From: Cytophagales bacterium
GTDB lineage: Bacteria; Bacteroidota; Bacteroidia; Cytophagales; Cyclobacteriaceae
Direction of reading: 5' to 3'
Assembly (NCBI GenBank): GCA_025358885.1
Contig: JANYHW010000006.1
Coordinates: 27 to 64,026, forward strand
DNA length: 64,000 nt
In this document: positions 30,476-41,393 of the stretch, in pieces
Position numbering within the stretch: position 1 is the first letter of the stretch
How the letters are laid out: every line of letters begins with the position of its first letter
Made by a program: the position numbers and the translations under genes
The notes under the pieces: generated by a model
Told to the model about the DNA's origin: nothing
Seen by the model: the letters and a program-made list of their open reading frames with translations, nothing else
The model's database searches: none

Positions 30476-30520
30476 CTGATTGTTACAGGCGTCCCGATAG
30501 GCGGTGTGATCGACCTGTGT

Positions 30521-31639
30521 TTACTTGCAATTCTTTTTTATGGAAGCTTTTGCTTCTGTTGCACCCAACTCGTCTGCGCGTTTCAGGTCAAGACAACCAT
30601 CGTAATTGTTGTTCATGAGGATTTTTACCAAACCCCTTTGGAGGTAGGTTTCCGGGTCATTGGAATAAAGATCAATGGAGGTGGAATAATCCTCCACTGC
30701 TCCGGCATAATCTTCCTTTTCAGTTTTACTCAGGGCCCGGTTGTCAAAGTACACTGGATTGGTGTTATCCAACTCAATGGATTTCGTATAGTCGGCGATG
30801 GCTCCATCGTAATCCTGCAGGGTGTTCTTCAACACACCACGGAGATTGTATGTTTCGGCATCATCGCTGCTTATTTCAATAGATTTCGTGTAGTCTTCCA
30901 GTGCCCCTTTGAAATCCTCTTTAGCACTTTTTGCCAAGGCGCGATTTTCAAATTTCAATGGATCTTTCGGGTCGAGCTTGATGGACTGATCATAATCGGC
31001 GATTGCCTTTTCAAAATTTCCGGTTTGGTAGTAGGCTACGCCGCGGTAGTTGTAAAGGCTGGGATCATTTTTGTCAAGGTCAATAGCTTTGGAATAATCA
31101 TCAATAGCGCTGACATATTCTCCAAGTTCCGCTTTTACCACTCCACGGTTGAAATATTTGTCTGCATCCACCGGGCCAAGTTCCAATGCTTTTGAAAAGT
31201 CAAAGTAAGCGCTCTGCAGATCTTCCAAATTGTAATTTGCAAAGCCGCGATTCGTATACGCGTCTGTGAGTTTCGGATTTATCCGTATCGCCTTGTCAAG
31301 GTCCGTGAGGGCACTCTCATCATCACCCAGGTTTGTCTTTGCTGCGCCGCGGTGGTTTAGTGCATCGGCAAAAGTGGAATCAATTTCCAATGCCACGGTA
31401 AAATCCGTGATGGCACCATATAGTTCGTCAAGGGCCAGCCGGGTCTGTCCACGCAAATCGTAGGCCACCTTGTTTTTGGGATTTGTTTCCAGATATTTTG
31501 TGAAATCGGCCTTGGCTCCGTTAAAATCCTTTGAAGCCGTTTTCTTCCGACCACTTTCGAGAAGGGCATCCTGGGTTTGAGCAAAAGCGCCAAAGGCAGA
31601 TAGTATCAGTAAAATCAAGGCGAAAGCTCTCATGGGCAT
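30521..31639 (-). CDS. Secreted TPR-repeat protein
   Basis: Signal peptide and about 10 34-aa repeats (Y.NRG..K...G.Y..AI.DY.K.I.L.P); start uncertain (31633-31717). Confidence 0.88.
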   Translation of the reverse strand: MPMRAFALILLILSAFGAFAQTQDALLESGRKKTASKDFNGAKADFTKYLETNPKNKVAYDLRGQTRLALDELYGAITDFTVALEIDSTFADALNHRGAAKTNLGDDESALTDLDKAIRINPKLTDAYTNRGFANYNLEDLQSAYFDFSKALELGPVDADKYFNRGVVKAELGEYVSAIDDYSKAIDLDKNDPSLYNYRGVAYYQTGNFEKAIADYDQSIKLDPKDPLKFENRALAKSAKEDFKGALEDYTKSIEISSDDAETYNLRGVLKNTLQDYDGAIADYTKSIELDNTNPVYFDNRALSKTEKEDYAGAVEDYSTSIDLYSNDPETYLQRGLVKILMNNNYDGCLDLKRADELGATEAKASIKKNCK

Positions 31640-31715
31640 GTGATAGGCAAGCAATTTAGAAAAGAATTTGTTTGCATGTAGGTTCATGACAATTCCGTAT
31701 TGGCCTGGAGGCCAC

Positions 31716-31738
31716 AAAAAAAGAGCGGAGACCGCCCT
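31716..31738 (-). terminator. Intrinsic terminator downstream of the small ORF 31772..31987
   Basis: On -: GGGCGG-TCT-CCGCTC followed by a T7 run. Confidence 0.6.
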
Positions 31739-31771
31739 TGAACATAACTCGAAATGTTGCTGCGTTTTATG

Positions 31772-31987
31772 TCACCACCGATGTCTGCGAACCCGAATAG
31801 GCCTGACATAAGCAATGTGCCGATGATATCTATGCAAGCGATAACCAGGCAGGGTACAAACGGTAGCAGGAGCGACCACTGCGGACGTAGGGCGTGACCT
31901 GAGCAATGCCTGGGCATCGGCAACTCGTGCCAACATGGCAAGCAACACAATCGTGGCAAAGAGCGAAAAGGAAATGAGCTTTCTCAT
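31772..31987 (-). CDS. Small secreted Arg/His-rich hypothetical protein
   Basis: Signal-peptide-like N-terminus ending ADA/AQA; followed by its own terminator. Confidence 0.5.
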   Translation of the reverse strand: MRKLISFSLFATIVLLAMLARVADAQALLRSRPTSAVVAPATVCTLPGYRLHRYHRHIAYVRPIRVRRHRW

Positions 31988-32139
31988 ACAATTCCCAATT
32001 TTAAATGAATCTTGTCCTTTGGACTCGCATGTGTACTATTGGTTTAAGGGCATTCCAGAATTCTTTAAGGCCGTTCGAATAATAACCAGGAACATCCTTT
32101 GCAAGATTTGCGTTTCTTTCGCCAATAACTTGTATTTCT

Positions 32140-33243
32140 ATGAGAAAGGCTTCTTCCCTTGTGTTTGTTCTTTGCTCCCTAACACTTCTTGCCCAGGAGA
32201 AACCCTTGGACATGAAGATGGACTTTGAAGCCTATGACCCACCTTCTTCCCTTGTCGTGGGGGAGCATCATTTGCGCCGATCAAAATTTCCGTTCATCGA
32301 CATTCATAACCACCAGGGGAATATGAATTCATCCGATTTCAAGGATTTGATTTCCAAAATGGATTCGCTCAATATGGCGGTGATGATCAACCTCAGTGGA
32401 CGTGGATTCCGGAGCAGTGGCGACCATCTTGAGAAATCAATCGAAAATATCAAGAATCGCTATCCGAACAGGTTCGTCCTTTTTACCAATGTTGATTTTA
32501 CGGATATCGACAACCCGGAGTGGGGCGCGCGAACCGTGAAGCAACTGGAAGAGGATGTAAAGCGTGGTGCCAAAGGCCTGAAAATTTACAAAAGTCTTGG
32601 CATGTTTAACAAAGACAAAAAAGGGAAACGTATTTCCATTGATGATCCGCGAATCGATCCGGTTTGGGCCAAGTGTGGGCAGTTGGGTATTCCCGTGTTG
32701 ATCCATGCGGCCGACCCGAAACAATTCTGGGAGCCCATCGACAAGGACAACGAGCGTTGGTTGGAGCTCAAACTCCATCCCGGTCGCCGGCATGACACGG
32801 ACACAGTCAAGTGGGAGACCATCATTGCGGAGCAGCACAGCATTTTCAAGAAGCACCCTGAAACAAAATTCATCAATGCGCACCTGGGTTGGTATGGAAG
32901 TGACCTGAAGAAGCTTGGAGGTTTGATGGACCAATTTCCCAACATGTATACGGAGATTGGTGCTGTCATTGCTGAGTTGGGGCGACAGCCTCGCGCCGCA
33001 AAGGCATTTATGACAAAGTACCAGGACAGGGTTTTGTTTGGGAAAGACAGCTGGGTACCCGAAGAATACGAAACCTATTTCCGGGTCCTGGAAACGGAGG
33101 ATGAATACTTCCCCTATCACAAGCGATATCACGCCTTCTGGAGAATGTATGGTATTGGGCTGCCGGATGAAATCCTGAAGAAAATATATTATAAGAATGC
33201 GATGAAGCTTATCCCTGGTCTCGACCAGAAGTTGTTCAAATAG
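32140..33243 (+). CDS. Secreted amidohydrolase-family (Amidohydro_2) protein
   Basis: IDIHNH, LKIYK, VLIH, NAHLGW and LFGKD metal-binding motifs. Confidence 0.9.
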   Translation: MRKASSLVFVLCSLTLLAQEKPLDMKMDFEAYDPPSSLVVGEHHLRRSKFPFIDIHNHQGNMNSSDFKDLISKMDSLNMAVMINLSGRGFRSSGDHLEKSIENIKNRYPNRFVLFTNVDFTDIDNPEWGARTVKQLEEDVKRGAKGLKIYKSLGMFNKDKKGKRISIDDPRIDPVWAKCGQLGIPVLIHAADPKQFWEPIDKDNERWLELKLHPGRRHDTDTVKWETIIAEQHSIFKKHPETKFINAHLGWYGSDLKKLGGLMDQFPNMYTEIGAVIAELGRQPRAAKAFMTKYQDRVLFGKDSWVPEEYETYFRVLETEDEYFPYHKRYHAFWRMYGIGLPDEILKKIYYKNAMKLIPGLDQKLFK

Positions 33244-33853
33244 GCGCACTGCGATCGACAATCCATCCCGTAAGACTCAGACGCTCCCGGGTCCCGGGCA
33301 GGACTTCATGCTCAACCTGGTCACTCCGGAAGCAAACGAGCCTGCCCGCCATGGGAAGTACATCCAGGAAATTTCCAGGAAGGTGCAAACGCAATTGTCC
33401 ACCCTCATCTTTCTGCCAGTCAAAATTCAGGTAGCATATAATGGATAACTTCCTGTGATCGCTTAATTTAAATTGATCAAGATGACGTTTGTAAAATGCG
33501 CCTATCGGATAGATCGTCAAATGCACCTCTGCTTCTTTGAGGCTGAGAAACAGTTCTTGATTGAGGAATCGAATCAATTGATTTATCCGATGGAGGTAGA
33601 GTTGTATGCCGTTTGGCGCAATAGCCGGATCAATCCATTGAATATAATCTCCCCGGATACTTTCGTTTATCTGTTTATCAAGCTGTTTACCAATTCCCGC
33701 TTTTTTAAAATGTAACTTGCCACCCTTGAATTCGTCTGTAAGCAGGATGTTCTCCACCTCCTTGACACTGAGAAAATGGTCTATAATGGCAAATCCCTTG
33801 TCGGCCAATCCATCGGCGATTTGAGCAAGTTGGGTTTCTAAAGTGGTTGTCAT
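33236..33853 (-). CDS. 2OG-Fe(II) oxygenase (prolyl-hydroxylase/SM-20-like)
   Basis: YKRHLD, GGQLRL, EHEV and RLSLTGW motifs. Confidence 0.9.
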   Translation of the reverse strand: MTTTLETQLAQIADGLADKGFAIIDHFLSVKEVENILLTDEFKGGKLHFKKAGIGKQLDKQINESIRGDYIQWIDPAIAPNGIQLYLHRINQLIRFLNQELFLSLKEAEVHLTIYPIGAFYKRHLDQFKLSDHRKLSIICYLNFDWQKDEGGQLRLHLPGNFLDVLPMAGRLVCFRSDQVEHEVLPGTRERLSLTGWIVDRSAPI

Positions 33854-33889
33854 CTCAACACAAAAATAGAATATTGTCGTGCGAATGAA

Positions 33890-34345
33890 ATGAATGATAT
33901 GAAAGCTAAACTTCTTCCGGTACTTTTTTTAATCCTGGTTGCTGGTGCGTGCGTACCCAAGGAGCAAGTCGTACTGCGGTCGATTGACATCAAGGAGGTG
34001 CTACCGGGAGGAGATGGCAACCCGTTGCTCAAGGCGGAAGCGATTTTCTACAACCCGAATTCTTCCCGAATGAGATTGAAAAGAATTGATATTGATGTGC
34101 TGGTTGATGGTAAAAAAGCTGCAAGAATAGATCAGCACCTGAGCGCACTGATCAAAGCGAAGGATGAATTTTCCGTACCACTTGAAATCCAGCTCAACCT
34201 CAAGGAGGTTGGTCTACTCGACACGATCCTGAGTTTGTTCGGGGGGAAGAAATACGACATTGAATTTGTTGGAAGCATAAAGGTCATCGTTAACGGTTTC
34301 CCGGTAAGGTTCCCCCTGAATTACAAAGAGCAGGTCAAACTATAG
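33890..34345 (+). CDS. LEA type 2 (WHy-domain) lipoprotein
   Basis: Lipobox VAGAC; YNPN motif. Confidence 0.8.
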   Translation: MNDMKAKLLPVLFLILVAGACVPKEQVVLRSIDIKEVLPGGDGNPLLKAEAIFYNPNSSRMRLKRIDIDVLVDGKKAARIDQHLSALIKAKDEFSVPLEIQLNLKEVGLLDTILSLFGGKKYDIEFVGSIKVIVNGFPVRFPLNYKEQVKL

Positions 34346-35101
34346 CTTATTCTCCGGTTCAGGAGAAGCAGCCTTTCGCTTTCGCAACTGGAAATTCTGC
34401 CCGAGGTATACTTTTCTCACCATCGGGTCGTTGGCGAGGTCTTCAGCAGAACCTGACTTGAAAAGCTTTCCCTCCACCATCAAATAGGCACGGTCGGTAA
34501 TGGTGAGCGTTTCATCCACGTTGTGATCGGTGATGAGGATGCCGATATTTTTCTTTTTCAACCTTGATACGATGGATTGAATTTCTTCAACGGCAATCGG
34601 ATCTACGCCCGCGAAGGGCTCATCGAGCAATACAAAGTGAGGATCAACCGCCAATGCCCGCGCAATTTCTGTTCGTCTTCTCTCGCCCCCGGACAGAACC
34701 ATTCCAAGATTCTTGCGCACGTGGGTAAGACTAAATTCCTCCAGAAGGCTTTCCACTTTTTCCTTTCTAGCCTGTCTGCTCATTTCACGCATTTCCAATG
34801 GGGCCAGGATATTTTCTTCCACCGTAAGTCCCCGGAAGATGGAGGCCTCCTGGGCCAGGTAGCCAATCCCCAGCTTCGCGCGTTTGTACATGGGCAATGC
34901 GGTTATGTTCTGGTCATCGAGGAAGATTTCACCTCCATTGGGTTTGATCAATCCAACTATCATGTAAAAACTTGTTGTCTTTCCAGCGCCGTTGGGACCA
35001 AGCAGTCCAACAATCTCGCCTTGCTCCACACGTACCGACACATCGTTCACGACAGTTCGTTTCTTATATTTTTTCAACAGATTGTTGGCTTGCAATATCA
35101 T
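34340..35101 (-). CDS. lptB: LPS export ABC transporter ATP-binding protein
   Basis: [32 protein letters not shown] and TDHNV; start at ATG 35101. Confidence 0.96.
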   Translation of the reverse strand: MILQANNLLKKYKKRTVVNDVSVRVEQGEIVGLLGPNGAGKTTSFYMIVGLIKPNGGEIFLDDQNITALPMYKRAKLGIGYLAQEASIFRGLTVEENILAPLEMREMSRQARKEKVESLLEEFSLTHVRKNLGMVLSGGERRRTEIARALAVDPHFVLLDEPFAGVDPIAVEEIQSIVSRLKKKNIGILITDHNVDETLTITDRAYLMVEGKLFKSGSAEDLANDPMVRKVYLGQNFQLRKRKAASPEPENKL

Positions 35102-35102
35102 G

Positions 35103-36806
35103 TCAGATGAATTTAATGTCTTTGATGCGAAGTTGAACAGAGGTATTCCCATTAAATGTACTTTCTTCGATAGTGAAAGCCATATTAAACACATCGCCAT
35201 TCATCAATCGATCGTAGTGTTCAATTTGATCAAACCCCACAGCGTTAAAGATGAGTTCCCTTCCTTTTTGACCAGCGAGGAAGCGCAAATGCCGGTCTTT
35301 GAAAGTGGCAAGGGAATTCATCACAAAGACATTCCTTGCCTCAAACACGGGCCGTTGGTTGTCGGGACCGAAAGGGGCCATTTGCTTGAGAACCGAAATG
35401 AATTTTGGCGTAATGGAATCAAAGTGAATGGGCAAGTCGATTTCAACAACTGGTGTGAGCATTTCATCGGTGATGGTGGCAGCCACCACTTCTTCAAACC
35501 GTTGTTGAAAAGCAGACAAGTTCATCCTGTCGAGGGTCAATCCTGCGGCATATTTGTGTCCACCAAATTTTTCCAATAAGTCGCCACATTGTTCAATGGC
35601 ACGGTATAGGTCAAATCCGTTCACGCTTCGTGCAGACCCGGTAATTTTGTCGTTGCTTTCAGTTAGAATCACAGTTGGCCGGTAATAGTGTTCAATACAC
35701 CGAGCAGCAACTATGCCAATTACTCCTTTGTGCCAGGAATTCTTGAATAATACCGTGCTTTTGGCATTTTGAAGGGATTCATCTGCCTCAATCATCGCGA
35801 GGGCCTCCTCGGTAATGTTGGAATCAAACTCCCTCCTCAGGTCATTCTTAATATTGACCTTTTCGGCATAAGCATTTGCCTCCTCTTCCGTAGTCGAAAT
35901 AAGGAGTTCCACTGCACCCCGTGCGTGGGCCACCCTTCCTGCGGCATTGATTCTGGGCCCAAGAGTAAAGACAATGCCAGAAATGTCAAGCTCGCTCTTG
36001 ATAGCTGCGATATCTTTCAATGCTTTCAAACCTGGACAGGGATTTTCATTTAGTCTTCTTAGGCCATGGTAGGCGAGGATGCGATTCTCTCCGTTGATGG
36101 GAACTATGTCGGAAGCAATGCTGACCGCAACAAGATCCAGGAATTCGAATACGGCACTTTCATCCTTATATTTTCGTGCGAATGCCTGTATAAGTTTAAA
36201 TCCAATGCCACAACCACTGAGTTCGGCAAACGGATAATTGCAATCATCTTGTTTGGGATCAAGGACGGCTACCGCCTTGGGGATTTTTTTATCCGGCAAA
36301 TGATGGTCGCATATAATGAAATCGATCCCTTTGAGATTGGCCAACACCACCATGTCAGATGCCTTGATTCCCAGATCAAGGGCGATAATAAGGCCAAAGT
36401 GGTTTTCCTCCGCCCAAATGATACCCGCCTCAGATACGCCATAGCCTTCGGCATAGCGGTCCGGGATATAAAAATCGCAATGAGGATAAAAACTTTTCAG
36501 ATAGCGATACACCAGGGCTACCGATGTGGTACCGTCTACATCATAATCACCGTAGACAAGAATTTTTTCTTTTTTTTCGATCGCCAGTTTCATCCGGTCG
36601 ACAGCCCGATCCATGTCTTTCATGAGAAAGGGATCATGGAGGTCTGACAACAATGGTCGGAAAAATTTTTTTGCGCCTTCGAATGTGTTGATTCCCCTTT
36701 GAAGCAAAATGGCAGACAGGTATTTGTTAATGTTGATGGCTGTACTCAGCGCTTCAACCTGTTGTACGTCTGGTATTTCCTTATAAAGCCAGCGCCTGTT
36801 CATCAT
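35103..36806 (-). CDS. recJ: Single-stranded-DNA-specific exonuclease
   Basis: [26 protein letters not shown] and FGGHKYAAG motifs. Confidence 0.97.
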   Translation of the reverse strand: MMNRRWLYKEIPDVQQVEALSTAININKYLSAILLQRGINTFEGAKKFFRPLLSDLHDPFLMKDMDRAVDRMKLAIEKKEKILVYGDYDVDGTTSVALVYRYLKSFYPHCDFYIPDRYAEGYGVSEAGIIWAEENHFGLIIALDLGIKASDMVVLANLKGIDFIICDHHLPDKKIPKAVAVLDPKQDDCNYPFAELSGCGIGFKLIQAFARKYKDESAVFEFLDLVAVSIASDIVPINGENRILAYHGLRRLNENPCPGLKALKDIAAIKSELDISGIVFTLGPRINAAGRVAHARGAVELLISTTEEEANAYAEKVNIKNDLRREFDSNITEEALAMIEADESLQNAKSTVLFKNSWHKGVIGIVAARCIEHYYRPTVILTESNDKITGSARSVNGFDLYRAIEQCGDLLEKFGGHKYAAGLTLDRMNLSAFQQRFEEVVAATITDEMLTPVVEIDLPIHFDSITPKFISVLKQMAPFGPDNQRPVFEARNVFVMNSLATFKDRHLRFLAGQKGRELIFNAVGFDQIEHYDRLMNGDVFNMAFTIEESTFNGNTSVQLRIKDIKFI

Positions 36807-37597
36807 TATTTGTCTTGAAAATTTATGGCACCTGCTTTTCCCGGTAAGCCGTCTTTTCCTTTGATACCTTTCTTTCCCGTTTTTCCATCCATCTTGCTGT
36901 TGCCTACGGGGCTTAGCCCGGAAAATCCACCGGCTCCACCATCGGCACCTAAACCTTGATTGCCGCCATAGGTACGGACAACAATTCTTCCGCCCAGCAT
37001 GGACCTTAGTTCAGGGATACTTGGCGAGTGAAACGTCACGGTACCTGAATTTCCCCCATTTCCTCCATTTGAACCCAGGGCTCCTGCGCCACCGTTTCCA
37101 CCTGTGCATAATCTTGTGCCCGGCCCTCCACCACCTCCCTGCCCGCCTTTAGCACCATCACCAGCATCGCCACCTGATACATCAACGAGTAATGTTCCTT
37201 TAAAGACAACATCGGCAATGTACAGGAACAAGTTAATGCCCTTCCCGCCATCAGTTCCAGCGGTACCCATGCGTCCAGGCCCACCATCAGAGCAGGGACT
37301 TGAGGGTGAAATGCCTTGCTTACCAGGACGACCAGGTAAACCGCGTAGACCTTTACCATCGATTACGGTACCTGAATAGAATATGGCCACTTTCGCGTGG
37401 ATGAAGTTATCAGGCTTCAACGGATTGAGAATAATTTTAGAGGAATCTTTCATGATCAATGAATCCACCACCAGGATATCAAAGCGACTCAGTTCATAAA
37501 TCTCTTTGGGTTTCAAGACAAGCTTTGATAATCTAACCTGTCCCCGGGCACACAGAGAACACAGCATCACCACAACCATTGCACAGGTGCGCATCAT
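36806..37597 (-). CDS. Secreted Gly-rich/collagen-like (Gly-X-Y) protein
   Basis: Signal peptide; GLRGLPGRPGKQG and GKTGKKGIKGKDGLPGKAG triplets; TACTTTTG at 37602-37609 supports the start at 37597. Confidence 0.75.
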   Translation of the reverse strand: MMRTCAMVVVMLCSLCARGQVRLSKLVLKPKEIYELSRFDILVVDSLIMKDSSKIILNPLKPDNFIHAKVAIFYSGTVIDGKGLRGLPGRPGKQGISPSSPCSDGGPGRMGTAGTDGGKGINLFLYIADVVFKGTLLVDVSGGDAGDGAKGGQGGGGGPGTRLCTGGNGGAGALGSNGGNGGNSGTVTFHSPSIPELRSMLGGRIVVRTYGGNQGLGADGGAGGFSGLSPVGNSKMDGKTGKKGIKGKDGLPGKAGAINFQDK

Positions 37598-37616
37598 GGG
37601 GCAAAAGTATGAAAAC

Positions 37617-37643
37617 AAAAAAGCAGTGTCGTTATGACACTGC
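37617..37643 (-). terminator. Intrinsic terminator after the coiled-coil/SPOR-like gene
   Basis: On -: GCAGTGTC-ATAAC-GACACTGC followed by T6. Confidence 0.8.
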
Positions 37644-37667
37644 TCTCCGAGGGTCCTTTTTATGTGA

Positions 37668-38315
37668 TTATTTCTTCTGTGCTTTTTCGGCCTTATCGGC
37701 CATTACACCTTCCATAACATCTTTTATCTCCACGCGAACACCATCTTTGTAAGGCACGATCCAGGCGTCCTTAACACCCATGTCGCGCATATACTTTTTG
37801 AATGTATCTGCTTCCCAATAGTCCCGGAAGATACCAATGGTGATTTTTTGTGGATCAGCAGCGTCTTTGCCAGCCGCTTCACCGCCAAAGTTGGGGTTAT
37901 TGTCAAAGTACTTTGAAAGATCTTTGTTCTTGAAGGCGCCGACCTGCACTTTAAAGACTATGCCCTTCGAAAAATCCATGGGATTAACGGGAGGGTTTTC
38001 TTTAAGTTGAGCGAGTTCGGTCTTTGCCGACGTAAGATCACTACGCATGCGCGAAACCTGATCTTCCAGTTCAGCGATCTTGGCATTCTTGTCACTGACC
38101 GTTGACTGAAGCTGTTTAATTTGGCCATTCAACAGCGTCGCATTGTTTTCAGCTGACTGTTTGGCTTCAGTAAATTGCTTCAGGCTTTCGGGGTTCTTGG
38201 AGAAATCTTTAGCTTTCTTTTTCCACTCCTTTTTCTCCTGTTTGGAGAGTTGGGCGAAAACCTGTGAGCCGGAAAAAATCAAAGCCAGGCAGACAAAAAG
38301 TAGTCTAGTTTTCAT
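37668..38315 (-). CDS. Secreted coiled-coil protein with SPOR-like C-terminal domain
   Basis: Signal peptide, heptad region, FKVQVGAFK and DAWIVPY. Confidence 0.7.
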   Translation of the reverse strand: MKTRLLFVCLALIFSGSQVFAQLSKQEKKEWKKKAKDFSKNPESLKQFTEAKQSAENNATLLNGQIKQLQSTVSDKNAKIAELEDQVSRMRSDLTSAKTELAQLKENPPVNPMDFSKGIVFKVQVGAFKNKDLSKYFDNNPNFGGEAAGKDAADPQKITIGIFRDYWEADTFKKYMRDMGVKDAWIVPYKDGVRVEIKDVMEGVMADKAEKAQKK

Positions 38316-38459
38316 TGTAAAGGGGTTAATTAATTGTTAAAAATAATAAAAAAGTTGGATAAAGCCGGGCATTGGGCATTTGGCACCGGGTATAGGCCAT
38401 CCCGGCATATCGATTCAACACCTTCACGGTAGGCACAAATGCCCGATCCCTAGCGCTAA

Positions 38460-39845
38460 TTACACCATCTTTTCAGGTCTCACCCACTCGTCGAATTGTT
38501 CGGACGTCACCAGGCCAAGTTCTACGGCGGCCTCGCGCAGCGTCTTGTTTTCTTTGTGTGCCTTCTTTGCAATCTTGGCTGCGTTTTCATAGCCAATATG
38601 GGTATTGAGCGAAGTCACCAACATCAATGAATTCTCCATGTGTTTCTTGATCACCGGTAAGTTGGGTTCAATACCAATCGCGCACTTGTCATTGAAGGAA
38701 GCACAGGCGTCTCCTATCAGGCGGGCAGACTGAAGCACGTTGGCGGCGATGACGGGCTTGAATACATTCAGTTCGAAATGACCGTTTGAGCCACCAACCG
38801 AAACCGCAACATCGTTTCCGATCACTTGCGCACAGACCATCGTCAATGCTTCTGGCTGTGTGGGATTTACTTTTCCAGGCATGATGGAAGAGCCTGGCTC
38901 ATTGTCGGGAATGATGATCTCTCCGATTCCTGAACGCGGTCCGGAGCTCAGCATCCGAATGTCATTGCCGATTTTCATGAATGAAACTGCGGCGCGCTTC
39001 AGTGCACCCGAAAGTTCGACCATAGCGTCATGGGCGGCAAGCGCTTCAAATTTGTTTGGGGCTGTAATGAAAGGATAACCCGTAAGGTCAGCAATCTTCT
39101 TCGCCACCAAGACATCATATCCTTTGGGTGTGTTTAAGCCTGTACCTACGGCGGTTCCGCCGAGCGCAAGTTCGCGAACAGCCTCCAGGGCATTCTTAAT
39201 GGCACGCATGCTGTTGTCTATCTGCTGCACGTAACCGGAAAATTCCTGGCCGACGGTAAGCGGTGTTGCATCCATAAAATGTGTTCGACCTGTTTTCACA
39301 ATGGCGCTGAAGTCTTTTGATTTCTTGGCCAGCGTGTTTCTAAGCTTCTGCATGCCGGGCAGGGTGATCTCCACCACCTGCTTGTAGGAAGCAATGTGCA
39401 TGGCAGTGGGAAACGTATCGTTGGAAGATTGCGACTTATTGACATCATCGTTGGGATGAAGGACTTTTTTTTCATCCGTCAGTTTACCTCCCTGCATGAC
39501 GTGAGCCCGGTAAGCGATTACCTCGTTGGCATTCATGTTGCTTTGCGTTCCGGATCCCGTCTGCCAGATCACCAGGGGAAATTGATCGTCCAGTTTCTTA
39601 TCCAGGATTTCATCACAGACTTTGGCGATCAAATCCTTTTTATCTGCGGTGAGCACTCCGAGTTCATGGTTGGCCATGGCCGCCGCTTTTTTCAGATAGC
39701 CGAAGGCATAGATGATTTCTTTGGGCATGCTGGCTTCAGGTCCGATCTTGAAGTTGTTGCGCGAGCGTTCTGTTTGCGCTCCCCAATATTTGTCGGCAGG
39801 AACCTGTACCTCGCCCATGGTGTCTTTTTCGATGCGGTAGCTCAT
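38460..39845 (-). CDS. fumC: Class II fumarate hydratase
   Basis: [14 protein letters not shown] and [11 protein letters not shown]; start at MSYRIEK. Confidence 0.97.
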   Translation of the reverse strand: MSYRIEKDTMGEVQVPADKYWGAQTERSRNNFKIGPEASMPKEIIYAFGYLKKAAAMANHELGVLTADKKDLIAKVCDEILDKKLDDQFPLVIWQTGSGTQSNMNANEVIAYRAHVMQGGKLTDEKKVLHPNDDVNKSQSSNDTFPTAMHIASYKQVVEITLPGMQKLRNTLAKKSKDFSAIVKTGRTHFMDATPLTVGQEFSGYVQQIDNSMRAIKNALEAVRELALGGTAVGTGLNTPKGYDVLVAKKIADLTGYPFITAPNKFEALAAHDAMVELSGALKRAAVSFMKIGNDIRMLSSGPRSGIGEIIIPDNEPGSSIMPGKVNPTQPEALTMVCAQVIGNDVAVSVGGSNGHFELNVFKPVIAANVLQSARLIGDACASFNDKCAIGIEPNLPVIKKHMENSLMLVTSLNTHIGYENAAKIAKKAHKENKTLREAAVELGLVTSEQFDEWVRPEKMV

Positions 39846-39876
39846 GGCAATTAAAAGTTTAGGTAACAAAAATAAC

Positions 39877-39900
39877 AAAGCCCCTTGAATAAGGGGCTTT
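39877..39900. terminator. Hairpin terminator after gltD
   Basis: Perfect stem AAAGCCCCTT-GAAT-AAGGGGCTTT. Confidence 0.75.
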
Positions 39901-39914
39901 AGTCTATGGTGGCG

Positions 39915-41390
39915 TCAAGGTACGTAGACTAAATTAAGAATTCCTTTCTCTTTGGCCTCCAGGGCGGTTTCCCCTGCCAGAAATTCATCCACGGCACGGG
40001 CAGCCTCTCTTCCATCGCTTATAGCCCATACCACCAGGGACTGACCCCTGCGCATGTCACCTGCTGAGAAGACGCCCTCTATAGAAGTTTGATACTGAAG
40101 ACATTTAACGTTGCCGCGTTCATCACATTCAACTCCGAGCTGACTCAACATGCCATCTTTTTGCGGGTAAAGGAAACCCATGGCCAGCAACACCATGTCG
40201 CAGGGTATTATTTTTTCTGTGCCGGTAATCTCATTTAGACTTAGGGGCTTGCCCGGTTCTGTCGCTTTCCACTCAACCTCAATAACCTTAAGTGCTTTCA
40301 GATTTCCATTTTTATCTCCCAGGAATTCTTTGGTCACAATGCTCCATTGACGTTCACAGCCCTCCTCATGGGAAGTAGAGGTGCGAAGTATCATGGGCCA
40401 GTTCGGCCAGGGCATTGCATCATTTCTTTCGGCAGGTGGCCGGTTCAGGATCTCGATTTGTGTTACAGAAGTTGCTCCTTGACGATTGGAGGTGCCGACG
40501 CAATCAGAACCCGTGTCACCGCCACCCAATACAATCACATTCTTTCCTGCAGCGAGCAGGACATCATCCTGAATATTCTTATTGCCCACTCTTCTGTTTT
40601 GTTGTGTCAGAAAATCCATGGCAAAATGGATACCCTTCAGGTTACGTCCGGGAATGGGGAGATCGCGCGGAATGGTCGAACCTCCACATAACAGTATAGC
40701 ATCAAACTCTTCCTTGAGCAGTGGAGCGGTCAAATTGACTCCCACGTTCACGCTGGTCCTAAATGAAATTCCCTCTTCTTCCATCAGTTTGATTCGGCGA
40801 TCCAGCACTCCCTTGTCTAATTTGAAATCAGGGATACCGTATCTCAACAATCCACCAATCGCATCGTCCCTTTCGAATACAGTGACCAGGTGTCCCGCAT
40901 AATTAAGTTGAGCGGCGGCGGCGAGCCCGGCGGGTCCTGATCCCACGATGGCAACTTTCTTTCCGGTACGCGAGGCGGGAATCCTTGGAACGACCAGTCC
41001 TTTGTCGAAAGCCATTTCTATGATTGACTTTTCGATATATTCAATCGTAACGGCCGGTTTGTTGATGGCCAATACACAAGATGCCTCGCAGGGTGCAGGA
41101 CATATCCGTCCCGTGAACTCGGGAAAGTTGTTTGTAGAAATAAGAATTTCATACGCCAGTTTCCAGTTGCCCTGATAGACGGCATCGTTGAATTCAGGAA
41201 TGTTGTTTCCAAGCGGACAGCCGTGGTGACAAAAGGGAACGCCACAGTCCATGCAACGGGCCGCTTGTTTTATGGTGAGTGCCGCATCTACGCTGCCCTC
41301 CACCTCCTTGTAATCCTGGAGACGTTCGGCAACATCCCGCTTTCGCGGAAGTCCCCTGCCTGTTTCCAAAAATCCTGTAGGCTTGCCCAT
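39915..41390 (-). CDS. gltD: Glutamate synthase small subunit
   Basis: CMDCGVPFC..GCP, GRICPAPCE, GSGPAGL, GGGDTG and GQSLVVWAI motifs. Confidence 0.97.
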   Translation of the reverse strand: MGKPTGFLETGRGLPRKRDVAERLQDYKEVEGSVDAALTIKQAARCMDCGVPFCHHGCPLGNNIPEFNDAVYQGNWKLAYEILISTNNFPEFTGRICPAPCEASCVLAINKPAVTIEYIEKSIIEMAFDKGLVVPRIPASRTGKKVAIVGSGPAGLAAAAQLNYAGHLVTVFERDDAIGGLLRYGIPDFKLDKGVLDRRIKLMEEEGISFRTSVNVGVNLTAPLLKEEFDAILLCGGSTIPRDLPIPGRNLKGIHFAMDFLTQQNRRVGNKNIQDDVLLAAGKNVIVLGGGDTGSDCVGTSNRQGATSVTQIEILNRPPAERNDAMPWPNWPMILRTSTSHEEGCERQWSIVTKEFLGDKNGNLKALKVIEVEWKATEPGKPLSLNEITGTEKIIPCDMVLLAMGFLYPQKDGMLSQLGVECDERGNVKCLQYQTSIEGVFSAGDMRRGQSLVVWAISDGREAARAVDEFLAGETALEAKEKGILNLVYVP

Positions 41391-41393
41391 ACG

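Noticed and set aside
30365-31195. 276-aa hydrophobic repetitive + strand ORF
   Set aside because: Its periodicity is the reverse complement of the TPR repeats.
30521-31500. ~102-bp periodicity considered as a CRISPR array or DNA repeat
   Set aside because: It is degenerate TPR coding sequence. No identical repeats with spacers and no cas genes were seen in the window.
32437-33261. 274-aa - strand ORF, and similar long shadows at 25347..26057, 9203..9877 and 11324..11977
   Set aside because: Antisense to recognised genes, with no independent evidence.
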